Below are positions 39,501 to 48,915 of a DNA stretch of 64,000 nucleotides, one piece after another. The stretch's first letter is position 1; each line of letters opens with the position of its first letter. The translations under genes were made by a program, and so were the position numbers. Under the pieces are notes generated by a model that saw only the letters and a list, made by a program, of their open reading frames with translations, searched no databases and had not been told where the DNA came from. Origin of the DNA: Promethearchaeota archaeon (GTDB lineage Archaea > Asgardarchaeota > Hermodarchaeia > Hermodarchaeales > Hermodarchaeaceae); contig JBHLMG010000001.1 in assembly GCA_048938385.1 (NCBI GenBank), positions 96,001-160,000 of the forward strand, read 5' to 3'.

Positions 39501-40101
39501 CGTTGAACGATTCGAAGAAATCCGACATGCATACGATGAAATTCTAGAAAAGGAACGCCGAATTCGTGAGGAACGCGAAGCTATCCTTGATGCAATGAGA
39601 CGTGCAGAGGAGGAAAAGTTTCGAGTATTCATGGCTGCGTTTTCCAGCATCTCACATAATTTCTCTGATGTATATCAGAAATTAACACAGGGCGAAGGTC
39701 AACTCGAACTAGAAAATCCCGAGAATCCCTTTTTAGGGGGAATTCGTATGCGAGTTCGACCAGCAGGAAAACGGATTCAATACCTCGACGCTCTATCAGG
39801 CGGAGAAAAGGCACTTACTGCCTTGACATTTATGTTTGCTCTGCAGCTCCATCAACCTGCACCATTCTACTTTCTGGATGAAATTGACGAAGCGCTTGAT
39901 CCAAACAATGCCGATCGCGTTGCGAAACTTATTGAGAATTTATCCCGGAACTCCCAGTTCATTATCATATCCCATAACGAAATCACCATACGGCTTGCTA
40001 ATACCTTGTTAGGAGTGGCTATGGCAGATGGAGTTTCCAGGGTTTTCTCTGTAACCTTTGAGGAAGGCCAACTTCTCATTGATGGTAAGGCTACAGCGTA
40101 A
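36538..40101 (+). CDS. smc: Chromosome segregation protein SMC
   Basis: QGFKSF, GENGCGKSN, hinge (GVYGTLG..GRATFIPLN), LSGGEK, FYFLDEIDEALD, QFIIISH. Confidence 0.97.
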   Translation: MAFIRQITIQGFKSFSPRKTTINLTQGFTAIVGENGCGKSNILDAVCFVLGRLSSKSLRAENFASLLFNGGAGNSPAKICRVSLVFTNTDRQLPIDADEVTISREVDESGVSAYRIGGKRVTRTEMLDTISVAGLHPEGHNIVLQNELANVISMSPTDIRQVVEGVAGISVFDEKKQQIEGELSKVDQNLQIVQMRTEEIRQEYSRLEKDRQDALRWREITEQIVGFERDLVFAELIRLEQRLNELKEEYATYSKNIKEFEAQRQAAMDRRLELEEAVHNDGVQIKTLDQQLHSNEIEITRLREILRGLQLTSDKINRRAETLSASVQHLESQNIEKETALSALDENINELKAVEATLKEQISPLRTRLTELSGQIPSPDAEYVTLRDRISSLTERIETKKGELGESLALQRISDKEITEIKKQIDESYAVLPEQERTLQEAKTELQSIEKELKLIESEQAALQEQQNKLQSSVQEKQKTQDELTLLIQAAKEELLEAQTRLKTIQEFKKYGLTRKAAIEAVLKFAKENKIPGVYGTLGSLGQTSTKHAIALDVAGGGRLDFIVVDNENTATKCIDHLKKSRIGRATFIPLNSIKADPFRYKEKQKGVIGNAMELLNFNEQFRPAFEYVFGRTLIVKDLETAREIPASGVRKITIDGDVVEPNRTITGGYYKGVSSLTLEEEARIPELQKKLKELQNLQKKTDQEYREWKEQYENLGVQIREKETTMEKLRVGREQASDVVTEQEEALQIFKDSIAKLHASLKGQDEAKNLLEKKIQSIQTEMNDLTQQRERIQKELSDLERSSLDPNLTNLRSQLDELENQFRDVQVELTEKSGESKITTIEFNRISKDLENTKSELEQTQQELVLNQKEIQRIQLELASLESINSGLEEKIQNLETEISSNEAEAQRLNTQIDEFFDTINEEKMNQSRTEGRIEHWEERIAAQKEKTRDFEPPPIPVDPAMVHSIRRQLADLQQEREQLGLVNQKAVERFEEIRHAYDEILEKERRIREEREAILDAMRRAEEEKFRVFMAAFSSISHNFSDVYQKLTQGEGQLELENPENPFLGGIRMRVRPAGKRIQYLDALSGGEKALTALTFMFALQLHQPAPFYFLDEIDEALDPNNADRVAKLIENLSRNSQFIIISHNEITIRLANTLLGVAMADGVSRVFSVTFEEGQLLIDGKATA

Positions 40102-40134
40102 TGAAAAGACAGATAATACATCAGTTTATTTAGG

Positions 40135-40881
40135 ATGCGTTATTCAAGGTATTACATATTTTCTAACTGGACAGCGGAGTACGACGGTGCATTGACGGAA
40201 AGTAGCTCGGAACCATTTTGGTTTCATCAACCATGGCGAGTTCTTACAGATATCCTTGATTTACAAAAAATTAGTCCTTGGGAACTAGACCTAGCTGAAC
40301 TTGTTAACGGCTTCATCGGGCGTTTACTTACGGCTGAATATATTGACTTTCGTATTGCGGGTCGTGCGCTGCTCTCTGCTGCCATACTTCTCCGATTCAA
40401 AACTGAATACCTTCTTGAGTTCGGTCGAGAGGAGGAGGAGCTTATCCGTGTAATTGAAGAAGATATTTTTTTACCCCCAATTCGCCCCCCCTTCAGGAAA
40501 AACATTAGGCCAACAACATCTACAGAATTTATAGAGGCGCTTCGGGAACTTGTTTTTCCACCCAAGAAATATTCACGGAAACGCAACAAACTTGATTTCG
40601 CTCCCCCTGTTATTCCTCTGCTTGATGTCTCCCACATCGAACTCACCAAATCCATGAAGAATGTCTATTCTCGACTTTGCGATGCTAGCATCAACGAGAA
40701 CCCCCTCTCGTTTCGTGCTTTTGTCAAAGGAATGACTCATCTGGAAATAATCCGTGCATTTCTAAGTCTTCTTTATCTTATGAGCGAAGGAAAAATCACA
40801 ATCACCCAAGAGCAACAATTTGGTGACATCTTGATCTGGGTGGAAAGACAACTTATAGAGGAGGAATCAGTGGGTGGATGA
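40135..40881 (+). CDS. scpA: Kleisin ScpA
   Basis: ISPWELDL, DFRIAGRALLSAAILLRFK, FLSLLYL..EGKI.ITQEQQFGDI; follows smc; start uncertain. Confidence 0.88.
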   Translation: MRYSRYYIFSNWTAEYDGALTESSSEPFWFHQPWRVLTDILDLQKISPWELDLAELVNGFIGRLLTAEYIDFRIAGRALLSAAILLRFKTEYLLEFGREEEELIRVIEEDIFLPPIRPPFRKNIRPTTSTEFIEALRELVFPPKKYSRKRNKLDFAPPVIPLLDVSHIELTKSMKNVYSRLCDASINENPLSFRAFVKGMTHLEIIRAFLSLLYLMSEGKITITQEQQFGDILIWVERQLIEEESVGG

Positions 40882-41422
40882 AGAATCTCGGTTAGTCGAG
40901 GCTGCACTTTACATCTCCGGGCGTCCCCTCTCCATTCACGAAATCCAACAGGCAACCCAATTACCCACATTAAAAACAGCTCGGAAAATAGTTCAAGAGT
41001 TAATGGAAGAATATAGTCGTCGGGCTGGAGCTCTCGAAATAGTCCGACTCCCCCACCAACGTTATGTGCTACAATTAAATCCTCAACTCAGTGAAGAAGT
41101 CGGATCCTTAGCTCCACAAGGACTCTTGTCGTTAGGCGAACTCAAAACACTCATCTACATCGCGCTTTCTCAACCGGTTTTACAATCTAATGTGGTGTTG
41201 TATAGGGGTTCACACAGCTACAAACACATCAAAACCCTTGAATCACATGGGTTCGTCGATGCTAAGAAGTTTGGTCGCACAAAGGAACTTACTACATCAG
41301 AGATGTTTGCAGACTATTTTGGTTTTGATTATGAAGTGGATAAATTAAAGGATCAATTGAAAAGAATGATCCGACAGATTCGTATCGAGCAGTCAGAACT
41401 AGCCAAAGCAGCAGAAGAGTAG
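40874..41422 (+). CDS. scpB: Kite protein ScpB
   Basis: LVEAALYISGRPL, LKTL.YIA..QPV, RGSHSY.HIK.L...GFV, TTS..FADYFG. Confidence 0.92.
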   Translation: MDEESRLVEAALYISGRPLSIHEIQQATQLPTLKTARKIVQELMEEYSRRAGALEIVRLPHQRYVLQLNPQLSEEVGSLAPQGLLSLGELKTLIYIALSQPVLQSNVVLYRGSHSYKHIKTLESHGFVDAKKFGRTKELTTSEMFADYFGFDYEVDKLKDQLKRMIRQIRIEQSELAKAAEE

Positions 41423-41535
41423 TCAAGGCAACTAACGCTCCAATAGGCTAGCTAGAATGTCTTCTTCGACATTTTGGAGTTTATATCATCCATTATCTAC
41501 AAAAGAGAAGTGAAAAGAAAATAGAGGCTCCAAGA

Positions 41536-42012
41536 GTGGCACATTTCACCCAATCTCCCCTTATTCAGCAATGCTCTCAAAGCGAACCATCTAAAATATC
41601 ACCACCCGCTGGGCTCTACTCGTTATTCATCCTTCGGGAATCAGGGTGTCCGTTTTATTACCGTTTTTATGAAAGTGACAAGAACCATCCTGATCCTGCA
41701 ATACTTGGCGGATTCTTCATCGCGCTCTCACTATTCGCAAAAGAGGTAACAACAGGGGAACTGGAGACAATAACAACCGGACCCTGTCGGTATACCTTCC
41801 ATCAGTTACGCCAAGGACTGCTTGTGTTGTGTAGTGCAAAGAATTTCAACACCCTAGTACTCAACAAAATTGCTAAACGCATCGCCCAACTTTTTGTTAC
41901 TAAATTTAATGGACGCTTGCTTCAACCCTATTCCGCGGCATCGTATACCCCGGCTTTAGAAAAGCATCTTGACCAAATATTTAGCGAAATAAAATCAAAA
42001 TTTCACCGATAA
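41536..42012 (+). CDS. Longin/roadblock-like domain protein
   Basis: LYSLFIL..SG.P.YYR.Y....DPAILGGFF.AL..FAKE....L..I, a pattern typical of Asgard longin-like domains. Confidence 0.65.
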   Translation: MAHFTQSPLIQQCSQSEPSKISPPAGLYSLFILRESGCPFYYRFYESDKNHPDPAILGGFFIALSLFAKEVTTGELETITTGPCRYTFHQLRQGLLVLCSAKNFNTLVLNKIAKRIAQLFVTKFNGRLLQPYSAASYTPALEKHLDQIFSEIKSKFHR

Positions 42013-42032
42013 CTTCTGCATCTCTAATTGTC

Positions 42033-43073
42033 TCAACACACTCTTGGAATGGCTTCAGCCCAAGGATGTTGAATAATTCTCGAGCCTCCAACTTCGGTTT
42101 TCATAACGACTAGTCCGGAGCGTTCTTCCCGTGCTTCTCCAATGATTTGAGCCGATTGTCCATATCGAGTGGCTTTGATAGATTTCAACACAGCTTCGGC
42201 TTTTTCGGCTTCTACCGATATAATCGCTTTACCTTCACATGTAACTTGCAAGGGATCAATACCCAACATTTGACTAGCCGCTAAAACTTCTCTCCGATAG
42301 GGTAATTGTGATTCGTCGATCCACAGACCAACCTTTGATTTATTCGCGAATTCATTCAATGCAGCCGCAAGTCCTCCTCGCGTCGGGTCCTTCATCGCAT
42401 GTATGCCTCCCACCTTCAAAGCAGGATAGATCACTGACCACAACGGTGCCACATCAGAAGTTAGAGTTGTGTCAAAAGCCAATCCTTCACGATTTGCCAA
42501 AAGCGCTATACCATGATCTCCAATTGTTCCAGTAAGTATCAACTTGTCTCCTACTTGCACATTGTTATCCGTAATCACAGCGTCTTTATCGGCTAGACCG
42601 ATTCCTGTCGTACAGATAATCAGCTGATCTAAGCTCCCTTTGGGCATCACCTTAGTATCCCCCGCAATGATACTAACTTGATCTTCCTGAGCTGTGTCAG
42701 CTAATGATTTCAATATCTTTTGAAGCTCAGATATCGGAAATCCTTCTTCAATGACCAAGGCGCTTGTCAATACCACAGGGCGTGCTCCCATCACAGCTAC
42801 ATCATTAATGGTACCAGCAGCGGCAAGTCTTCCAATATCGCCGCCTGGAAAGAACAAAGGGGTAACCGTGTGGCTATCTGTAGAAATTACAACATCATAT
42901 TCTCCAAGGGGCATCGTTGCTCCATCATCCGCTTCGGGTAAGCCCACGCCGTTTTCAAAGCGATTATTTTTGAAATGCGGAAAAACAATATCCCTTAGGA
43001 AGTGAGCCATTGCTCGCCCACCTGCGCCATGAGCCAACTCAACTAATGTTGGGTCCTCTGTCAAAGTAATCAC
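42033..43073 (-). CDS. hypE: Hydrogenase maturation protein HypE
   Basis: LAHGAGG, STDSHTV.PLFFPGGDIGRLA..GT.ND, GDTKV, MKDPTRGG, C-terminal PRVC. Confidence 0.96.
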   Translation of the reverse strand: MITLTEDPTLVELAHGAGGRAMAHFLRDIVFPHFKNNRFENGVGLPEADDGATMPLGEYDVVISTDSHTVTPLFFPGGDIGRLAAAGTINDVAVMGARPVVLTSALVIEEGFPISELQKILKSLADTAQEDQVSIIAGDTKVMPKGSLDQLIICTTGIGLADKDAVITDNNVQVGDKLILTGTIGDHGIALLANREGLAFDTTLTSDVAPLWSVIYPALKVGGIHAMKDPTRGGLAAALNEFANKSKVGLWIDESQLPYRREVLAASQMLGIDPLQVTCEGKAIISVEAEKAEAVLKSIKATRYGQSAQIIGEAREERSGLVVMKTEVGGSRIIQHPWAEAIPRVC

Positions 43074-43192
43074 AACCGCATTATTGTAAGATGTTCAATT
43101 CCAACGAGCTAAAGACTTTTTCAATAATCGGATATGGCGAAATCTTTATAGCCATTCGTCAAGGTCTCGTCACCAATCCGAGGTTAATCGAA

Positions 43193-43573
43193 ATGCCAGT
43201 TTGGCAAGGTAAATCAAAACGATATCCAAGTGGTTCCCGACGGCGTACCGCTAGGAAACACCGAAAATATGAAAGGGGTAGCCAAGCAACTGAAACCATT
43301 CTAGGGAAGAAAAAACTTCGGAAAAAGCGCACCCTAGGTGGTAACCAAAAACTTCGTTTGTTATCGGTGAATCACGCTAATCTCACTGATAGAGAAGCTG
43401 GAACTTCAGAGAAAGTCCAAATAATCCAAGTGCTAGAAAATCCCTCTGATGTTGATTTCAATCGTCGTGGAATAATAACTAAAGGATCGATTATTGAAAC
43501 AGAAAAGGGGAAAGCAAGGGTAACCAGTCGACCTAGCCAAGATGGCGTGGTTGATGCGGTCAAAATCAAGTAA
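43193..43573 (+). CDS. rps8e: 30S ribosomal protein S8e
   Basis: WQGKSKR..SG, RKYERG, RTLGGNQK.RL, ENPS..DFNRRGIITKG.II, ARVTSRPSQDGVVDA. Confidence 0.95.
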   Translation: MPVWQGKSKRYPSGSRRRTARKHRKYERGSQATETILGKKKLRKKRTLGGNQKLRLLSVNHANLTDREAGTSEKVQIIQVLENPSDVDFNRRGIITKGSIIETEKGKARVTSRPSQDGVVDAVKIK

Positions 43574-43577
43574 CCAC

Positions 43578-43964
43578 TTAACTAGGGGCCTCTTCACCAA
43601 TCTCTGCTTGGATATCTTTAACGATGCATTCTCGTCCCTGACTTATGTCGACATTTTTCGCACCACACTTGGGGCAAACCAGAGAAGTAAGAATTTCATA
43701 AAACGACCCCTCGTCAGAAACAACTGATTCTACTCCGCACTGCTTACAGCGGGCTTTTGTTGGTAAGGGTTCAACGGAAACGACTGCTCCTTCGGCAACT
43801 GAACCTTTTGCAGCTATTTCCATTCCGAAAAGTAATTGGTCGTGATTAAGCATGGACAATTTTCCGATTTGGAGCGTAATCCTTCGGACTCGAGTTGCTC
43901 CGTGACTCTTTGCCGCTCGCTTTACCGCCTCGATGATATTGACCGCCGTCGAAAACTCGTGCAT
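43578..43964 (-). CDS. hypA: Hydrogenase nickel metallochaperone HypA
   Basis: MHEFS start, IGKLS, CKQC...CPKCG, GRE. Confidence 0.93.
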   Translation of the reverse strand: MHEFSTAVNIIEAVKRAAKSHGATRVRRITLQIGKLSMLNHDQLLFGMEIAAKGSVAEGAVVSVEPLPTKARCKQCGVESVVSDEGSFYEILTSLVCPKCGAKNVDISQGRECIVKDIQAEIGEEAPS

Positions 43965-44064
43965 AACAAGACACTTTGCCACATCCGACGCTTTTCAAAC
44001 TTGTTCCCTTCTCAATAATGCAAACCTTTTTCTCACATAATCAAAGCTAGAAACGCGGTTTAGA

Positions 44065-44367
44065 ATGAGAAAATCAGGAAACTACTACATTTACCCTGCC
44101 TACTTTGAAGTCCACCGAAGTCGACAATCAGGACGACGAGTACCTAAAAAATTAGCGCTTCCCAGCGTCGATTTGAAGCTTATCACCCAAGCCGCTCAAC
44201 GATTGGGGTTGGAATTCACAGTTGACAACCAAGCCCGGTTCCCAGCAAGTTGGTGGAGCACTTCAGGTATCGTAATGATTAAAAAACCACCCGAAGGGAC
44301 GAAAACTCAACTCCTGAAAAAACTCGCAAAGGTTATGCAGACACTCAAGGCCGCTGGAGTAAAATAG
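44065..44367 (+). CDS. srp19: Signal recognition particle protein SRP19
   Basis: IYPAYF...SR..GRRVPK.LA, LGLE......FP..WW..SG, KTQLLKKLA. Confidence 0.92.
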   Translation: MRKSGNYYIYPAYFEVHRSRQSGRRVPKKLALPSVDLKLITQAAQRLGLEFTVDNQARFPASWWSTSGIVMIKKPPEGTKTQLLKKLAKVMQTLKAAGVK

Positions 44368-44557
44368 TTCAGCAAGATTTCTCCGAGCTCCATGGCTAAG
44401 GAACTTCTATTGTGTCAAGAGAGCGGCTCGATTATCAAAAGATTACAAACGACAAGGGTTTTGCACACAAAAGCAGGATAATGTTTTTAAGTGATGGTCG
44501 GTTTTTCACCCTCTAATCCCCCACGACCCAATTCTAGCCTTCCCAGGAGTCGATCTG

Positions 44558-44824
44558 CTGCAAGGAATTGGTAAAGTTTTACATTTCTCCGCGCAAGGGC
44601 ACATCATCTTGCGCTTGACTCAAGTCATACGACTAGGGACACGCCTTTTCTCTAATCACTCTAAACCAATTGGTAAAGTGATTGATATCTTTGGACCAAC
44701 GAGTCAACCATACGCTACTTTGAAACCTAACGCAAAAATCACTGATGCTGAAGTTCCTCCTGGGACAACTCTCTTCCTGAAGAAGGCGCCTAAAGGAGGC
44801 GTAGGGAAACGACGAAAGAAGTAA
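44558..44824 (+). CDS. gar1: H/ACA RNP protein Gar1 (probable CTG start)
   Basis: [18 protein letters not shown]...[19 protein letters not shown]; lies upstream of tfb; conserved N-terminus extends before TTG 44609. Confidence 0.8.
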   Translation: MQGIGKVLHFSAQGHIILRLTQVIRLGTRLFSNHSKPIGKVIDIFGPTSQPYATLKPNAKITDAEVPPGTTLFLKKAPKGGVGKRRKK

Positions 44825-45738
44825 GTACTTCTGCGCTTGCTAACTGTCCTGACTGTGGTACCACCCGTCTAGTGAGAGACTATTCAAGAGCTCAAATTAC
44901 TTGCACAAACTGTGGACTGGTTCTCACCGATCGAATTATCGATGAAGGCCCTGAGTGGCGGGCTTTTGATCAAGAACAGCGTGATAAACGCGCACGCGTC
45001 GGAGCTCCCCTCACCTTTACTATTCACGATAAGGGTCTATCAACGATGATTGACTGGCGAAATCGCGATAGCTATGGTAAGGATTTAGCTCCCAAAAGAC
45101 GCGCTCAGATCTATCGACTACGAAAATGGCAAAGACGTATCCGAGTTTCTGATGCAACCGAACGAAATCTGGCTTATGCGCTCTCTGAGCTGGATCGAAT
45201 GGCTTCAAGCCTTGGACTTCCTCGAAATGTTCGTGAAATCGCGGCGATGCTTTATCGACGAGCTGTAGAACAGCGCTTAATTCGTGGGCGTTCAATCGAA
45301 GGTGTCGCTGCTGCGGCGCTTTATGCAGCTTGCCGTCAATCCCGTATCCCCCGAACTCTTGATGAGGTAGCTGAGGTATCACGCGTTGGTAAAAAAGAGA
45401 TTGGTCGTAGCTACCGATTCATCGCTCGGGAACTTCGACTATCCATACCTCCTACATCACCAATTGACTATGTTCCGCGGTTTATCAGTGAACTCAAACT
45501 TCTCGGCGAAGTACAAGCCCAAGCCATTCAAATCCTGAAAAAAGCTGCTAACAACGGTCTTACAAGCGGTCGAGGACCTACAGGAGTCGCGGCCGCCGCC
45601 ATATATGTTGCAAGTGTACTAGCGAACTCTCGACGAACTCAACGCGAAGTTGCTGCTGTGGCTCGTGTAACGGAAGTGACAGTCCGGAACCGATACAAAG
45701 AATTAGTCGAAAAACTCGACCTTGAAGTCCCCCTCTAA
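44809..45738 (+). CDS. tfb: Transcription initiation factor IIB (start codon non-canonical or uncertain)
   Basis: Zn ribbon CPDCG...[24 protein letters not shown], two cyclin repeats, [12 protein letters not shown]; frame open from TAA 44791-44793. Confidence 0.93.
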   Translation, partial: TTKEVSTSALANCPDCGTTRLVRDYSRAQITCTNCGLVLTDRIIDEGPEWRAFDQEQRDKRARVGAPLTFTIHDKGLSTMIDWRNRDSYGKDLAPKRRAQIYRLRKWQRRIRVSDATERNLAYALSELDRMASSLGLPRNVREIAAMLYRRAVEQRLIRGRSIEGVAAAALYAACRQSRIPRTLDEVAEVSRVGKKEIGRSYRFIARELRLSIPPTSPIDYVPRFISELKLLGEVQAQAIQILKKAANNGLTSGRGPTGVAAAAIYVASVLANSRRTQREVAAVARVTEVTVRNRYKELVEKLDLEVPL

Positions 45739-45748
45739 CGGGCAATAA

Positions 45749-45782
45749 AAGGGCGATTCTTCGCCCTTCTTCCTCTATTTTT
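45749..45782 (+). terminator. Hairpin plus T-rich tract after tfb
   Basis: AAGGGCGA-TTCT-TCGCCCTT stem-loop followed by a pyrimidine/T-rich run. Confidence 0.45.
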
Positions 45783-45820
45783 GGTTATCTGTTGAAAGGT
45801 TTTTTATTTCTCGGTCCCAC

Positions 45821-46171
45821 TTGATAGATGATGTCATGGAATCCTTCGCTAAGGAGCTCGTTAAAGGAGCGGGAAAGCAGGGCATTCTTCTTGCCGACTT
45901 AGTTCAGCAACTGGGCAAGGACGAAACGACGGTTCTTCAACTCATTGATGAAATGAGTCAAAATGGTCAACTGACTAAAGTCGAAGAATCACGCGACGGA
46001 AACACAATTGTCCGCCTTTTTTGGCATGAAACGGATGACTCTGAATGGGATACCCTGCAAGGCTGTCCATGTTTTATTTGTCCCGACATTAACCAATGTG
46101 GTGCTGGACAACCAACGACTCCCTGGATGTGTAAGAAGCTAAACAAATGGATCCAGGACCGCAAAGGATAG
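45821..46171 (+). CDS. TFE beta / RPC34-like protein (wHTH plus Fe-S cluster motif)
   Basis: N-terminal wHTH-like segment; C-terminal PCFICPDINQC.......PWMCKKLNKW four-Cys motif. Confidence 0.72.
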   Translation: MIDDVMESFAKELVKGAGKQGILLADLVQQLGKDETTVLQLIDEMSQNGQLTKVEESRDGNTIVRLFWHETDDSEWDTLQGCPCFICPDINQCGAGQPTTPWMCKKLNKWIQDRKG

Positions 46172-46765
46172 TTACCCCTGAAACCCTTTGGCAATTAGAT
46201 ACATTTCAGGGCTTCGTTGAAAAGACGATTTTGGTTTAAAGGTCTTTACGAACTGGAAGGTATGTTGAACCTTAGAGATGAAATCTTTAGCTTCTCCAGA
46301 TTGGAATATTTTAGTCACAAAATTACCACCCTTAGCTAACAGCTGTGACGCAAGTTGAAGGCTTAGCGTCGCCTGCCAGAGTTGCCTTTCTCGGTCAAGA
46401 CTCTTATTGCCTGAAAGTTTTGGCGAACAATCACTAAGAACGACATGAGCGGGTTGTTCTAACAGACCCAATATTCTTGAGGCAATTTCAGGATCATCAA
46501 TAGAGCCTTGAATGATTTGGGTTCTAGGGATGGGTTGAATGCGAGCAATATCAACTCCAACGATAATACTATCCGGGGACTTGCAAAGTTCTTGAGCTAC
46601 CTGTAACCATGAACCTGGTGCACTACACAAATCCACAATCCGTTTCGCATCAGTGAAAATCCTATACCGGGCTTCAATTTCTAACAACTTAAAGGCAGCC
46701 CGGGACCGATATCCCTCCTTTTTAGCTTGCCTTCGGAACACCTCGTCTTTTTTCCATCTACTCAT
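46172..46765 (-). CDS. rlmE: FtsJ/RlmE rRNA 2'-O-methyltransferase
   Basis: AKKEGYRSRAAFKLLEI, VDLCSAPGSWLQV, VLSDCSP, FVTKIFQ, KPKSS...SPEMYL. Confidence 0.93.
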   Translation of the reverse strand: MSRWKKDEVFRRQAKKEGYRSRAAFKLLEIEARYRIFTDAKRIVDLCSAPGSWLQVAQELCKSPDSIIVGVDIARIQPIPRTQIIQGSIDDPEIASRILGLLEQPAHVVLSDCSPKLSGNKSLDRERQLWQATLSLQLASQLLAKGGNFVTKIFQSGEAKDFISKVQHTFQFVKTFKPKSSFQRSPEMYLIAKGFQG

Positions 46766-47942
46766 GATTGGCAGCCTCCTTTGAGAGCCGAATTAACAAC
46801 TCAGTAAGCCGTTCACCATTGACGGAGGTGCGAACCGAATGTGCAGAAAAGTGTGTTCGCGAACAGAATTCGCCGGCATTCTGAAGTTCACTTATCACAC
46901 GACGAAAAGGGGGAACTGGAATGTTTGCGCGATCAGCTAGTTGATGAAGATTATAATAAGTGGGAGGGCCGTCAATCTCTTCGCAAATAGTTTTTAACAG
47001 TAATAAAGCGCGACGCGCCGTTCCCAACTCCATATCTTGACTTTGTAGCAATACTTTCTCTATGAAGGCTTTTTCAGCGAACTTGCCAATCCATAGTGGT
47101 CCAATGAATTGACCACTTGTACTCTTACACTCTGGGCAGCAAGGTTGGCTTGGCGCCAAACCCTGAACAATCAAACGATTTTCGCATTCTTCACAGTGAT
47201 AAATAAAACCCATTTGAGAAACGGAGTTCCAAACAGCTTTATCTCCTTCAGAAGACTCACAGAAAACCCGTAAATAGTGGTCAATCGAGAAACCAAGCAA
47301 AGGGCGTAGACTAACACTTTGAGCCGCTGCTTCACGAACCACAGATCCGATTAGTATGCGAAGAGCTAGCTCGTGTGCATATTCAGTTTTTAATGGCACC
47401 GCAGCGTAACGCTTAATGCAGGTTTGGCGACGAATTCCAACTAATGGCGGTAAGTCGGTAGCAGTCAAACACAACAATCCAGGCGTTTTCAACGCACTTA
47501 TTGCTGCAGTGAAAAACTCCCGAGGAGAACCAAAGGGGTCAATGTCAATTATGGTGAACTTGTTCTGAAACGAAAAATACTTGGTGAGGAGTTGATTGGC
47601 TCCACTATGGTGTACCTCTACTAGTTCCGTAACACCATTCAGCTTTCGGTTTTTAGTAATTAATTCCACTGCGTCGGGGTTCGCATCTCCTGCAACTATT
47701 TGCTGAATTCCAGTTACTTCTTTCGCAATTCGAATCGCTCGTACTCCTGTTCCTGCAAGAGGGGTACAGACTCGAACATCTGTGAGGTTCTGTTGATCAA
47801 TGAATGTCTGCAACACGATAACGGTTATGTCTCGATTGAGTTCGGATTTCGGATTGAAAAACACCGGCATATTGGTTGTGGGGACCTTTTGCAATGGAGG
47901 ACGAAGGAAGGACACCTTACCCTCTTGATGCCGTTCGTACAC
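46758..47942 (-). CDS. trm1: tRNA (guanine26-N2)-dimethyltransferase
   Basis: VFFNP..ELNRD, AGTGVRAIR, IDIDPFGSP, LTATD, HELALRIL, GPLWIG, SRTHF. Confidence 0.93.
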   Translation of the reverse strand: MYERHQEGKVSFLRPPLQKVPTTNMPVFFNPKSELNRDITVIVLQTFIDQQNLTDVRVCTPLAGTGVRAIRIAKEVTGIQQIVAGDANPDAVELITKNRKLNGVTELVEVHHSGANQLLTKYFSFQNKFTIIDIDPFGSPREFFTAAISALKTPGLLCLTATDLPPLVGIRRQTCIKRYAAVPLKTEYAHELALRILIGSVVREAAAQSVSLRPLLGFSIDHYLRVFCESSEGDKAVWNSVSQMGFIYHCEECENRLIVQGLAPSQPCCPECKSTSGQFIGPLWIGKFAEKAFIEKVLLQSQDMELGTARRALLLLKTICEEIDGPPTYYNLHQLADRANIPVPPFRRVISELQNAGEFCSRTHFSAHSVRTSVNGERLTELLIRLSKEAANHE

Positions 47943-47943
47943 A

Positions 47944-48915
47944 TCAAGCTCCTCGCCGGTTATGTATCAACATGAGCAATTCCTTCGGGTCCTTAATTGA
48001 CAGTAATTCCTCAAGATAGATGACGGGGATACCATCGATAGTTTCAACAGTTGGGGGTTCTGAAGCGATAATCGCTGGTTTTTCATCAAGGACCTTTGCT
48101 AGTCTAGCGAGAAACAGAAGTCGTTCTTCATCAAATTGTTCGAGACGCTGTTTTAGGTAACTCAATAACACATGGCGCTGAAGGGAGGTCAACATATCAA
48201 AGGGTGTTTCCTGAGTGAGAGTTGAAGAAAATCCTAGACGAGAGAATAATTTTACTGCAATTTTGGCTAAATGTGTTGACTTCGTGGGCGTTTTCCGTTC
48301 AATATCTATCGAGTCTACTGTAGCTATAGTTTCTAGCGGGTTGCAGGATCCAATTATTTCCGCATCAAGAAGCTCCTCAAGGCGAAGGGCCACATCAACA
48401 GTGGGATTAATCATTCCCCGTTCATATTCGTATATGGCTCGGCGTGAAAGACCCAATTCATCGGCAATGTCTCCTCGGGAATAATTGCTGGCTTCACGAG
48501 CTTCTCTGAGTTTGTCTCCATTTATGATAACATAAGTTCCGCCCTTTTTTGCTAAAAGTGTAGGAAAGATATTTTCTTCAAACATTCGACGGAGTGTTTC
48601 CAATGTGATGGCGGGAATAGAACCTCGAGTATGAACTACCCCGTCTTGAAGGGGCTGTTTTCGTGTTCGTTCTCCCACAATTAGAGGAGAACACCGTAAA
48701 AACTTACAAACTTTAACGAGTTCCTCTCGCGTATGCACACTAACATTGTCAATGGTTAGACTCACCTTGATAGCAACTCGGGTATCTCCTTCGCCCACGA
48801 CGCTATCAAAGCAGTATTCCTGCTCAAAAGCAGTTGCGTGCTCTCTCGTCGTCGAGTCGACAAACCCACGAACATTTTCTAAATACTTCTGGTGTGAGGA
48901 CACTTTATGTTCCAA
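47944..48915 (-). CDS. Archaeal HTH transcriptional regulator (COG1395-like)
   Basis: PLIVGERT....LQDGVV..R, GGTYV.INGDKLREARE...SRGDIA..LGLSRRAIYEYERG, TPFD. Confidence 0.85.
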   Translation of the reverse strand: MEHKVSSHQKYLENVRGFVDSTTREHATAFEQEYCFDSVVGEGDTRVAIKVSLTIDNVSVHTREELVKVCKFLRCSPLIVGERTRKQPLQDGVVHTRGSIPAITLETLRRMFEENIFPTLLAKKGGTYVIINGDKLREAREASNYSRGDIADELGLSRRAIYEYERGMINPTVDVALRLEELLDAEIIGSCNPLETIATVDSIDIERKTPTKSTHLAKIAVKLFSRLGFSSTLTQETPFDMLTSLQRHVLLSYLKQRLEQFDEERLLFLARLAKVLDEKPAIIASEPPTVETIDGIPVIYLEELLSIKDPKELLMLIHNRRGA

